From positions 275,714,001 through 275,778,000 of the forward strand of contig OZ024742.1 in NCBI GenBank assembly GCA_964016885.1: DNA of 64,000 nucleotides, read 5' to 3'. This stretch comes from Eledone cirrhosa. Its lineage: Eukaryota. The notes under the pieces are model-generated. The model was not told the origin of the DNA, made no database searches, and saw only the letters and a list, made by a program, of their open reading frames with translations. Shown piece by piece: positions 24,001-35,141 of this stretch. A program made the position numbers and the translations under genes. Numbering within the stretch: position 1 is the first letter of the stretch; every line of letters starts with the position of its first letter.

Positions 24001-25024
24001 ATTTCTACAACCTCGTTAGAGCGACCTTTTGAGGTGCCTACATTCATGGTACCAACTCTGAAGTTTTGGATTGCGTTTGGTGAGTGGGGCGCGGGGAGGG
24101 GTGAGGGGGATGGGGTTGGGGTTATGTTGGCCATCCGCAGCCGAAACAAAGAGGAGGAGTCCTTGGCCTTTCGTCCGGCAGCATGAGGTGAATTTGTCGT
24201 TATCTTTGGCATTGTCTCTGAGTGTCCAGATTCTTCAGACTCTCCTGAATTCCTTAGTCCATCCATCATATCGAAAAGCAACCAGAAGTGATGGCATAGG
24301 CCGCTGACTTATGATTGGTCCAAGTAATAATGGTGGAGAGTGGGGGCGGGCGGGAGGGGTATGGGGTAGTTAGCGAATGAGGAGAAGGTTTTAAATAAAG
24401 CATATAACAGTAACAAGCGATATACTGGGATTTTAAAATCCACAAGATTATTTAGAACAGCCAGACAGAATTATAGAATAGCAGTGAGAAAGTAGGATTG
24501 GATTCTGGGCGATTATACAGATATATGGATGAATGAACCGAAGAGTGGGGAGAAAAGAAGAAAATGGTATTTTTACATTACATTTCGTAGAAGTGGACTG
24601 ACCATTAATAAGAGTTGACAAATTCTGAGATTCGTATCTCGTAACAGGTTTATTTATATTTGGTGCGAGTAGGGAGTGATCGAGTGAGAGAGAGAGAGAC
24701 CAACAGGCACGTATGTGATAAAGAAGGGAGGGTGACAGAGATTTAGAGGGACTAGGGAGGCCATTTTTATGAATCCTGGAAAATTTCGTCCAAAATTAAG
24801 ATTAAGCGAGGAGAAGGTTTTAAATAAAGCATATAACAGTAACAAGCGATATACTGGGATTTTAAAATACACAAGATTATTTAGAACATCCAAACAGAAT
24901 TATAGAATAGCATTGAGAAAGTAGGATTGGATTCTGGGCGATTATACGGATATATGGATGAATGAACCGAAGGGTGGGGAGACAAGAAGAAAATGGTATT
25001 TTTACATTACATTTCGTAGAAGTG
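21063..25024 (-). mobile_element. Near full-length RTE LINE (APE endonuclease plus RT with an inserted PHD-like finger), frameshifted, 3' UTR missing
   Basis: ORF pieces from 24281 down to about 21060: GTMNVGT..DVCCIQETRW, SAYAPQ, SQVDYIL..SQHRL, QFGF, DLEKAFDRVP, LLYADD, FRYLG and WYGHVMR. The extension of the 5' region to 25024 is inferred. Confidence 0.9.
24379..25024. repeat. 217-bp direct repeat pair (24379-24595 and 24808-25024)
   Basis: GAGGAGAAGGTTTTAAATAAAGC...TTACATTTCGTAGAAGTG present twice, nearly identical. Confidence 0.9.
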
Positions 25025-25033
25025 TATATATGA

Positions 25034-25117
<84 letters not shown>
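25025..25117. repeat. (TA)n microsatellite
   Basis: Directly visible. Confidence 0.95.
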
Positions 25118-25121
<4 letters not shown>

Positions 25122-25551
25122 ATACTTTGGGAGGGTCATGTTGGGGACAGAGTGAGAACACACACACACATAGAACAAACAACCAACCAACAACATGTAA
25201 ATAAATAAATAAACAAATAGATAAATGAACACAAACACACACAGACACCCGGATGTGGCGCGTGCGCAGACTGAGCACACAACACACACACAGAAACAAA
25301 ATGGCGTAGGACAGAAGAAAGGAAAGGCACAGAAACAAAGAAAGGAATCCCCAGTCACTGAAGAGGTCACAGAGTGTGTGACGAAAGGACTATGACTATA
25401 TATAAACAACTATCTGGTTGTGGAACCAACCAACCAACCAGAAATTTATAAGTTTGTAGATTTATAAATTTATAAATATATAATAAATTGAAGTGAAAGC
25501 AACTGGTGCGTGTGTTTCTTATTGGCAACATGACCCTCCCAAAGTATAACA
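25118..25551. mobile_element. 434-bp TGT...ACA element with perfect 26-bp TIRs and an ATAT TSD (Ginger-like MITE or solo LTR)
   Basis: TGTTATACTTTGGGAGGGTCATGTTG (25118-25143) pairs with CAACATGACCCTCCCAAAGTATAACA (25526-25551); ATAT on both flanks. Confidence 0.8.
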
Positions 25552-25609
25552 ATATCGGTTTCAACACACGATTTCAGATAAAGAATCTTGCTAAACAAAT
25601 TCAGAAACG

Positions 25610-25611
<2 letters not shown>

Positions 25612-25705
<94 letters not shown>

Positions 25706-25714
25706 ATATATATA
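25612..25714. repeat. (TA)n microsatellite
   Basis: Directly visible. Confidence 0.95.
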
Positions 25715-25781
25715 GATGTAATCTGAATTTTATAGATGTAATCTGAATAGTATGGTAGAATATTAAGTGTTAAATGTTAAT

Positions 25782-25820
25782 TGAACAAGTACTTTCATGC
25801 TTTCGCAATCTTCAGGTTCA
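25782..25820 (-). ncRNA. Minimal type I hammerhead ribozyme motif in the pLTR
   Basis: Minus strand UGAAC-CUGAAGA-UUGC GAAA GCAU-GAAA-GUAC-UU-GUUCA: stem I UGAAC/GUUCA, core CUGAnGA/GAAA, GNRA-capped stem II, palindromic GUAC stem III. Confidence 0.65.
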
Positions 25821-26745
25821 TATTCTGTGGTGACAGTCAAGTTTGCAATTTTCAACTGTAATGAGATGGATAAATTTTGTGCCTTATATACAGTGAAAAG
25901 CGGCTACAGAATGCTACATGTTGCAAACTGTATTTCGACCAATTGGTGTGTAGTTTCACTGGATTACTGAAGCTGATTGGTTTAGGCGTCATGGTTGGTT
26001 GAGCATGTCTAACGACTTCTATTTGGTTCTATCCAAAGCATCAATTGTTTTGCTATTTTTAGAAATGATGTAAATAGCATTTTCTATGGTTTTTATGCCC
26101 CTAAGAATTATAATTGTTCATTTAGCTTGGGTTGGAATTTATCAATAAAATTCTTTTCTTTGATTTTTCTCTTGAATTCACTTGGCCTGTGTAATTTGTA
26201 GAGTGGAAATATTATAAATATTTTCTGACCACATGTTGCTAGATGGTTACTCAGGGGTATCTGACGGACAGTTGGGTCTTTGATTTGCTGTCGGTGCTCC
26301 CGTGCACGTTCCGATAGTACATTTCCAGTTTGACTGACATATAGTTCTTCACAATTCGGACATTTAATGCAGTAAATTAGATTTCTGCTTTTGCAGTTCA
26401 TATTTGCATTTGGGAATATTTTTCAAAATTCCAACCCAAGCTAAATGAACAATAATAATTCTTAGGGGTATAAAAACCCTAGAAAATGCTATTTTCATCA
26501 TTTCTAAAAATAGCAAAACAATTGATGCTTTGAATAGGGCCAAATAGAAGTCGTTAGACATGCCCAACCAACCGTGATGCCTAAACCAATCAGCTTCAGT
26601 AATCCAGTGAAACTACACACCGATTGGTCAAAATACAGTTTGCAAAATTTAGCATTCTGTAGCCGCTTTTCACTGTATATAAGGCACAAAATTTACCCAT
26701 CTCATTACAGTTGAAAATTGTAAACTTGACTGTCACTACAGAATA

Positions 26746-26784
26746 TGAACCTGAAGATTGCGAAAGCATGAAATTACTTGTTCA
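26746..26784 (+). ncRNA. Second, more degenerate hammerhead motif in the inverted pLTR
   Basis: TGAACCTGAAGATTGCGAAAGCATGAAATTACTTGTTCA; stem III is broken by a G>T change. Confidence 0.5.
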
Positions 26785-26928
26785 ATTAACACTTAATATT
26801 CTACCATACTATTTCATTCTAATACCATTATAATTTTAAAGGATTGTAAATAAAACGAGTAAATCAGACAAAGTTGGAATTCCTTTTATTAATATAATCT
26901 TCTATACACAATCATACACACCCGTGTA

Positions 26929-26976
<48 letters not shown>

Positions 26977-27169
26977 GCTTTTAAGCTATTTTGTAGTATC
27001 TCTGTTCAGAAACACTCCACTTATATTAAATTTATCTCCCTGGAGCTTTGTAAAAGTATGAGAGATTGGCTACATATATGTTTTATATATTTTTTTTTTT
27101 TTGTTTAGATGGAAGACAAAACAAAAAGATGAATACAAAGATGAAGAAGAGAAAGATAAAGATGAAGAA

Positions 27170-27620
27170 CCTCACTGCACCGCACTGCACAACACCACAC
27201 TGCACCACACCACATCGCAGTGCACCGCAGCACATCACGCCACACTTCAGCACACCACATAAAAACATACAACACTACACCACACCACATAACACCACTC
27301 CTTACTACTCCACTCCACATAAAAACACACCACAACACACCACACTACTCCACTCCACATAAAAACACACCACTCCTCACTACAACACACCACACTACTC
27401 CACACCACAACACAACACACGACACCTCACTACATCACACGACATAAGAACACACCACACTACTCCACACCACATAACAACACAACACACCACTCCTCGC
27501 TACATCACTCCACATAAGAAAACACCACACTACTCCACACCACATAACACCACAACACTACACACCTCAGTACATCACACTACATAAAAACACACCACAC
27601 TACTCCACACCACATAACAC
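27170..27620. repeat. (CACCA/CACTA/CACAA)n pentamer-based low-complexity repeat
   Basis: Directly visible; similar tracts at 28685-29030, 29330-29400 and 30680-30895. Confidence 0.9.
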
Positions 27621-27624
27621 CCAA

Positions 27625-28683
27625 AATTTTTTCCTCATCTTTTTTTCATGTGTTATCAACTAATCCGAACTCCAAGATGTTTGTTATTGACTCTCTCTTC
27701 ATGGAAAACTTAGGTGGATGCACTTCTCTCATTTAACCCCAGAGTTTTCTCTAAGATTTTTCGTATGTTATCAACGAATATGACCTCCAAACCAGTTGGA
27801 AATGATTAGTTGTTCTAGGAAAAAGGAGGGGTAAAGCAGGTGGAAAAACCATTGTCGTTTTGTAGATATATACCCTAATGATTTTTCTTCGGTCTCCTTT
27901 TGAGTGCTATCAACTAATCTGACCTTTTAGTTGCTCTGAATCATTTTTTTTGCTGGGATTTGGAAACTAAAACTAAATTAAACATAAAATTAAATCTAGC
28001 CCCAACCTTAAACTCTAAATCTAAACCAAACCAAGCTAAATCTAAATATAAACATTACCCCAACCCTTAAACTAAACCCTAAACTATACCCCAACCATAA
28101 AACTAAACCCTAAACATTACCCCAACCCTAAAACTAAACCCTAAACTTTACCCCAAACCTAAAACTAAATCCTAAACTTTACCCCAATCCTAAAACTAGA
28201 TCCTAAACATTACCCCAACCCTAAAACTAAACCCTAAACTTAACCCCAACCCTAAAACTAAACCCTAAACCCTAAACCTAACCCAGGGAAATAAGTTGAT
28301 TGGAAGCATCTAGGAGGTCAGATTAATTAATAGCACAGGAAATAGCACAGGAAATAGCATAGGAAATAGCACAGGAAATTAATAGCACAGGAAATATACC
28401 GAAAATGATTAAGTCCCACAACATGTGAGTGAGGTGTGGATCTGCAAAACTCTTTCCCTCTCCTCTTTCTCCAAAGCTAGTTGTTTTTGACTGGTTTGGA
28501 AGTCATATTCACTGATAACGCATGAAAATAGAATCAAAGAGAAAATTCCGAGTAAGCAGGGGTTATCCGGATGAAGGGGGAACCACCTCACCCCGCCGTT
28601 TTCCTGGGGGGAAAAGGTCAGTTTCAAGCATCTTGGAGATTGGATTAGTTGATAGCACATGAAAAATAGGATGAAAAAATTTG
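27625..28683. mobile_element. Fold-back-like element with nested inverted repeats around a telomere-like array
   Basis: Outer IR 27625-27690 / 28625-28683; inner IR 27904-27956 / 28283-28336; centre 27962-28283 is CCCTAAA/CCTAAC-rich with a ~31-bp unit. Confidence 0.6.
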
Positions 28684-29478
28684 ACATCACATCTCACCAC
28701 ACCACATCACACCACACCACATCATATCACGTCTCGTCTCGTCTCGCCTCACATTACATTTCACCACGCCACGCCACATTTCATCACATCACATCACATT
28801 TCACCACGCCACGCCACATCACATCACATGCCATCATCACACCACATGCTATCATACTACATCCCACCACACTCCACTACACCATATCCCCCACCCTACA
28901 TTGAACCACACTCCACTATACCACACCACTGTCCGCTACACTAAACCACACTCCACTACACTACACCACACCACTGTCCACTACACTAAACCACACTAAA
29001 CTACACCACACCACACCACACCAGACCACTGTCTATTCGACTGTTTTCTATTTCGTAGGTATGTCCAGTTACAGTAAGAGAAAGAAAGTTATTTCAAAAG
29101 ATCTGAGTAAGTAAACACTTCATTGACCATCATTTTAAGCAGAATCTCAGTGTAGTTTTAAATTGACCTTTTCATATGATTACACCTCAGTCTTAACTTA
29201 ATCACCTGTAGATGGATGCTACATGTAATGTTAAAATTAGTTAAACACTGTTTCCCCCTTCTCATCACATGTGGATGCTACATGTGTATTGTTAACGTTA
29301 ATCTAACGTTGTCCCCCCCTCCCCCGCCTCACCATATCATACCACACCACATCACATCATATTGTACCACACCAGACCACATAACACCATGCTATACCAT
29401 ATATATATATATGAGGTCCCCGCTCGTTATATTAACTGTATCTCCTCGGTGTTTCGTGAAAGTCTGAGAGATCAGCTA

Positions 29479-29935
29479 TCATCATCATCGTTTAACGTCC
29501 ATATTCCACGCTTGCATGGGTTTGGACGGGAGTTTTCCCACCTGAGGCAAGAGTGGTTGTCTTGCTCGCATAGGACTGTCTGGCGGGTTTTCTACGGCTG
29601 GATACCCTTCCTAACACCAACCACATTTACAGTGTGGAACTGGGAGGTTTTTACCATGTTACCTACACGGCCACATTACAGCGTGGACTGTGTGTTCTTT
29701 TGTCATGACACCTACACGACCTCATTTGTTTCGGGCTGGATGTTGTGGTACCAACATAACGTTACATTTAAAGGGGCGGTGTGGATGGGGTGGGGGTAGT
29801 GGGACGGGTGTGTATTTTGTTAGAGGTGCCTACTGACTGTAGTAGGTTTCACTTTGTACTTAGGTAAGGTGGGTCTTCTCTATTACTGTGTAGCGCCAAA
29901 GATCTCGGTCCAGTGACATTGTCTTGGAGAGGTAT
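29479..29935 (-). mobile_element. RTE 3' end (same family as the 21-25 kb element), 5'-truncated
   Basis: 29875-29932 matches 21065-21127; (GAT)n tail at 29479-29489; sister copy at 37417-38024. Confidence 0.85.
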
Positions 29936-30412
29936 ATATTTGTTTACAATGTCTTGGAGAGCTATATATTTGTTCACAATTTCTTTTTATATTTAGATGG
30001 AAAAGAAGAAAAAGACGACGAAGCAGACGACTAAAATGAAAATGACAACAAAGACAAAGAAGACACGGGAAACGAAGATGACGAAAGGAAGAAGAAAGTA
30101 TGATCTCAGTTCAGTCTAAACCTAATGATTTATAGATATGATCTTAGTTCAGCCTTAACCTAATGACCTGTAGATATGATCTATTTAGGTTTAACTTAAA
30201 CATTCAAAGATATTTGTATATACTTTTGTTGATGTTTGACATTGTTTTTAGTTATGAAATAGCTTATAAGCTACATTATAGGATCACAGTGCATGAGCAC
30301 ACTGCTCTTTAAATTAATTTTATCTCCTCAGCACTTTGTAAAGTCTGAGAGATAGGCATCATATATGTTTTACATTCTTTGTTTTTGGTATTTAGATGGC
30401 AGAGGAGAAGAT

Positions 30413-30610
30413 AAAAGCACAGAAGAAGTCAAAAGCACAGAAGAAGTCAAAAGCACAGAAGAAGTCAAAGGCACAGCAGAAGTCAAAAGCACAGAAGAAG
30501 TCAAAAGCACAGAAGAAGTCAAAGGCACAGAAGAAGTCAAAGGCACAGAAGAAGTCAAAGGCACAGAAGAAGTCAAAAGCACAGAAGAAGTCAAAGGCAC
30601 AGAAGAAGTC
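30413..30610 (+). repeat. 18-bp minisatellite x11 (AAARGCACAGMAGAAGTC), reading K[S/G]TEEV
   Basis: Directly visible; lies just downstream of a TTTAG acceptor-like site at 30395. Confidence 0.92.
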
Positions 30611-30929
30611 AAAGAAAATGAACAAGAAGAACAATTATTATTACTATTGTTATTGTTATTATTATTTGTATTATTATAATCAAACTAAGCCACACTACAT
30701 CAACCTATACCATACCACACCACACTGACAAACATTATACCATACCACATTATCCAACACCACACTACGAAACACTGTACGGCCTCACATCTGACCATGC
30801 TATGAAACAATATACCATACTACACTATACAACAATAGACAACACCACACAAGACTATGAAACACTATACTTTACCACACTATATCACACCACTCAAGTT
30901 AGAGAGGATCAACTTTTTTCCTGGAAAGT

Positions 30930-33900
30930 AGAAAACCTAACTTTAAGCTAAAACCGAACTTTAAAAATAACTTACCCTAACACTTGCACTCACACATGCT
31001 CTAACACTTGCACTCACACATGCTCTAACAGTGAACTTAGCGCTAACATGAAAACTAACACAAACACAAAATCTGAAAACTAACATTAAATAGAAAACTA
31101 ACACAAACACTAACCTGAACACTAACACTAAAACTGACACTAACACTAACCTGAACACCAGCACTAAAACTAACACTACCGTAAACACTAATACAAACAC
31201 TAACACTAACCTGAACACTTACACTAAAACTAACATTAGCACAAACATTAGACTGAACACTAGCACTAAAACTAACACTACCATAAACACTGACCTGAAT
31301 ACTAACACTAAAAGTAACACTAACACAAACACTAATCTGAAAACTGATACTAACCAGAAAACTAAGCTAACATTAACTTCAACACTAAAACAAACACTAA
31401 CGCTAACAGAGATTCTAATACAAATATTAACACAAAAACAAACACTAACACAATCTCTAACACTAACCTCAACACTAACACTAAAACTAACATTAACTTG
31501 AACACTAACTCTAACCTGAAAACTAAGCTAACATTAACCTGAACACTAACATAAACACTAATGCTAACACTAACAGAAATACTAATGCTAACATTAACGC
31601 TAATCTTAACACAAAAACAAACACTAACGCTAACACAATTACTAACACTAATGGAAACATCAAACACTAATGCTAACAGAGATACTAACACAAATATCAA
31701 CACAAAAACAAATACTAACACTAACACAATCTCTAACACTAACCTTAACACTAAAACTAACATTAACACTAACACTAACCTGAACACTTACACTAAAACT
31801 AACATTAACCTAAACACTAGCACTAAAACTAACACTGCCATAAACAGTAACACAAACACTAACACTGATCTGAGCACTAACACTAACAATACCATAAAAA
31901 CTAACACTAAAAAAACACTAACACTAACCTGAACATTAACACTAAAACTAACACGAAAACTGATACTAACCAGAAAACTAAGCTAACATTAACCTCAACA
32001 CTAAAACAAACACTAACATTAACAGAAAAACAAAGACTAGCACTAACACTAATGGAAACACTAACACAAACATTAACACAAAATAAAACACTAACACAAA
32101 CATTAACACAAAATAAAACACTAACACTAATGGAAAAAATAACACTAACACTAAAACTAACACTACCGTAAACACTAACACTAACCTGAACACTAACACT
32201 AAAACTGACATTAACACGAACATTAACCTGAACACTAACACTACCACTAAAACTAACACTACCATAAACCACTAACCTGAGCACTAACACGAACCCTAAT
32301 CTGAAAAATAACACTAACCAGAAAACTAAGTCAACATTAACCTGAACACTACCACAAACACTAACACTAACAAAAATGCTAACACTAATACAAAATCAAA
32401 CACGAACACTAATGGAAACACTAACACTAACGCCAACGCTGACACTGACGAAGATGGCTATGCTGGCACAAACGCTAGCGCAAATGTTGACACGATCGCT
32501 TACGCTGACACAAACACTAACATGAATACTGATGCGGGTGCAAAGGCGAATGCTGACAAAGACTCTGATGCACACGCTGATGTAAATGCTACACAGACTC
32601 TAACGCTGATGTGGACACTGATACAAATGCTCACGCTGATGCAAACACTAAAGCAAATGCAGACACTAATGCAAACACAGACGCAAATGTTGATGCAGAT
32701 GTTAAAGCAAACGCAAATGCTGACGCAAAAGATGACAGCGATGCTAATGTGAACCTTAACGCAGACGTAAACATTGACGTAGAAGCTAAAGGAAACACTG
32801 ATGCAAACACTAATGAAAATGCTGACGCAGACGCTGACACAGACGCTAACACACGTTAACACAGATGCTAACGTAAACACTTACGCAGATGCTAATATAA
32901 ACATTGACGCAGACGCTGACACAGATGCTAACACACGTTGACACAGATGCTAACATAAACGATGACGCAGACACAAATGTAAACGCTGACCCTGATGTAG
33001 ATGTAAATACAGACACTGACACAGACACTGATGTAGAAGCTAACACAAACGCTGGCACAGACACTAATGTAAACGCTGACGTAGAAGCTAATGTAGATGC
33101 TGACGTAGAAGCTAACATAAACGATGACGTAGATGTTAACATAGACGCTGACGTAGAAGCTAACGTAGTTGCTGGCGTAGAAGCTAACGTAAATGCTGAC
33201 GTAGAAGCTAACAAAACGCTGACATAGTTGTTAACGTAGAAGCAGGCGTAGAAGTTAGCGTTTACCCTTACCGCCGAAGCTGATCTCCAAAACGCAATTG
33301 CTAATGCGGATTGCTGAAGCCAAAGCCAAGCTAACGGTGACGCAAATGTTGAGGCAGTATTGCCGGCGCTGACGTGTATGCTGACGCTAACGCAAATGCT
33401 GATGCGCTAGGGCTAAGGCTAACACTAATGCTTAAGTTAACGCTTACATGGGATATGCAGACGCTGCAATGATGCGGAGGCCACAGGAAAGGTTGATGGA
33501 AACGCCAAAGCTAACAGAAACGCTGACGTAGACGTTACGGAAACGCTGACGTAGAAGCTAACGGAAATGCTGACGTAGAAGCTAACGTAAACACTGACGT
33601 TAACTGAAACGCTAACGCTGATGTAGATGTAAATACTGACGCTGACACAGGCGCAGTCGGAAACGCTGACGTAGAAGCTAACGGAAACACTGACATAGAA
33701 GCTAACGGAAACACTGACATAGAAGCTAACGGAAATGCTGAGAAAGATGTTAAAGGAAACGCTTTCGCAAACGCTAATGCTAATGTGAATGCTGATGCAG
33801 ATGCTGACGCAAATGCTAACACCTACACAAATGCAAACGCTGATGCTAACACTGACTCAAACACTAATGCAAATGCTGACGTGCACGCTGATGCAAACGC

Positions 33901-34325
33901 TGACACTGAGTGAAATGCTGACACTGACACAAGTGCTGACACGGACGCTAATGATAATGCTGACGTAGACGCAGGCACTGAAACAAACACTAATGTTGAC
34001 TCAGACGCTAAGGGAAATGCTGACAAAATCACTATCACCAATGCACACGCTGACGCAAATGCTGACATAGATGCTGACACTTACGCAAACACTAACGCAG
34101 ATGCTAACACCAGTCTACATAGACACTAACACAAAAGCTTACATAGACACTTATGCAAATGCTAACGCTGATGCAGACAGTAACGCAAACAGTAATTGTA
34201 AGAGTAACAGTTACAGTAACACTAACAGTGACAATAATGCTAACAGTAACACAGTCACTAACAATAAACTTACCATTAACAGTAAAACTTACCCTAACAC
34301 TAACCCTAAATCTAACATTAACCCA
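30930..34325. repeat. 3.4-kb degenerate hexamer array (AACCCT-like edges, AACACT, then RAYGCT/GACGTA)
   Basis: Period-6 structure throughout, with a compositional shift near 32440 and back near 34190. Confidence 0.9.
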
Positions 34326-34809
34326 GAGAAAAAAGTCATTTGCAATCACATTTAAGGTCACTCTTTAAGATATAGAAGATAGGCATTACATTTTAATGAT
34401 TTTGCAACACAATAACACACCACACCACACTAACCTACACTACACCAAACCAGATTATACCATACCTTGGTAAATTTATGATAGGTTTCCATGTTATAAC
34501 TACACCAAACCAAACCACACCATAACAAACTACACCATACTACATCACACCATGCTATTGAACTCAGTGTGAACAATTTTCTTCCTGCTTTTTTTGTCTT
34601 TTTTGTGTGTGTGCTTACCACCCAATCTGACATTAAAAGTGTTCACAATTAACTATTTCTTGCACATATTATCAATGAAGACTTTGAAACCTGTTGAAAA
34701 TGACTAACTTTGTAGAAAAAAGAGGGCGGAAAGTGGGTGGAAATAACATTCAAAAAGCTTGTCATTTTTGATTGCAGTGAAAGTCATATTTGTTGTTAAT
34801 ATGGTAATA

Positions 34810-35141
34810 GAGGCACATGGCTTAGTGGTTAGAGCATTGGCCTTGCAATCGAAAGATTGTGAGTTCAATTCTCAGACCAGGTGGTGTGTTGTTTCCTTGA
34901 GCAAGACACTTTATTTCAATTTGCTCCAGTTTACTCAGCTGTAGAAATGAGATGATAGGACTGGGGTCTGTATCATTCCACTGCAAAGTGGTCGTGTAGG
35001 TGCCATGGCAAAAAACCACCCAGCACTCACTGTAAATGAGGTTGGTGTTAGGAAGGGCATCCAGCTGTAGAAATCAAGCCAGAATCAGTTCCCATCCCAC
35101 CCTTGCAAGCAGGGAAAAGTGGACGTAAAATGATGATGATG
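34810..35141 (+). mobile_element. tRNA-derived CORE-type SINE (OR-like) with an RTE-derived tail
   Basis: A box TGGCTTAGTGG, B box GAGTTCAATTC, CCTTGAGCAAGACACTT core, (GAT)n tail, TSD ATGGTAA. Confidence 0.88.

Larger units (their letters stand above)
25746..26815 (-). mobile_element. 5'-truncated Penelope-like element: GIY-YIG C-terminus with inverted pseudo-LTRs
   Basis: ORF 26108-26401 CKSRNLIYCIKCPNCEELYVSQT...ERAREH (PLE GIY-YIG with CCHH residues); inverted arms 25746-26140 and 26426-26815. Confidence 0.88.

Noticed and set aside
27962-28283. True telomere or chromosome fusion site
   Set aside because: The array is degenerate, single-orientation, has a 31-bp higher-order unit and lies inside inverted arms; there is no pure (TTAGGG)n or head-to-head junction.
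27066-28944. His/Thr-rich ORFs (HTTPH repeats)
   Set aside because: They are translations of pentamer CACCA repeats; a period of 5 is not codon-compatible.
31362-32314. Hydrophobic LVLV ORFs on the minus strand resembling membrane proteins
   Set aside because: They are an artefact of the AACACT hexamer array.
34810-34880. tRNA-like sequences with A/B boxes (also at 40860-40929, 54411-54480 and 57630-57722)
   Set aside because: They are SINE heads: no complete cloverleaf, followed by core and tail sequence, and flanked by TSDs.
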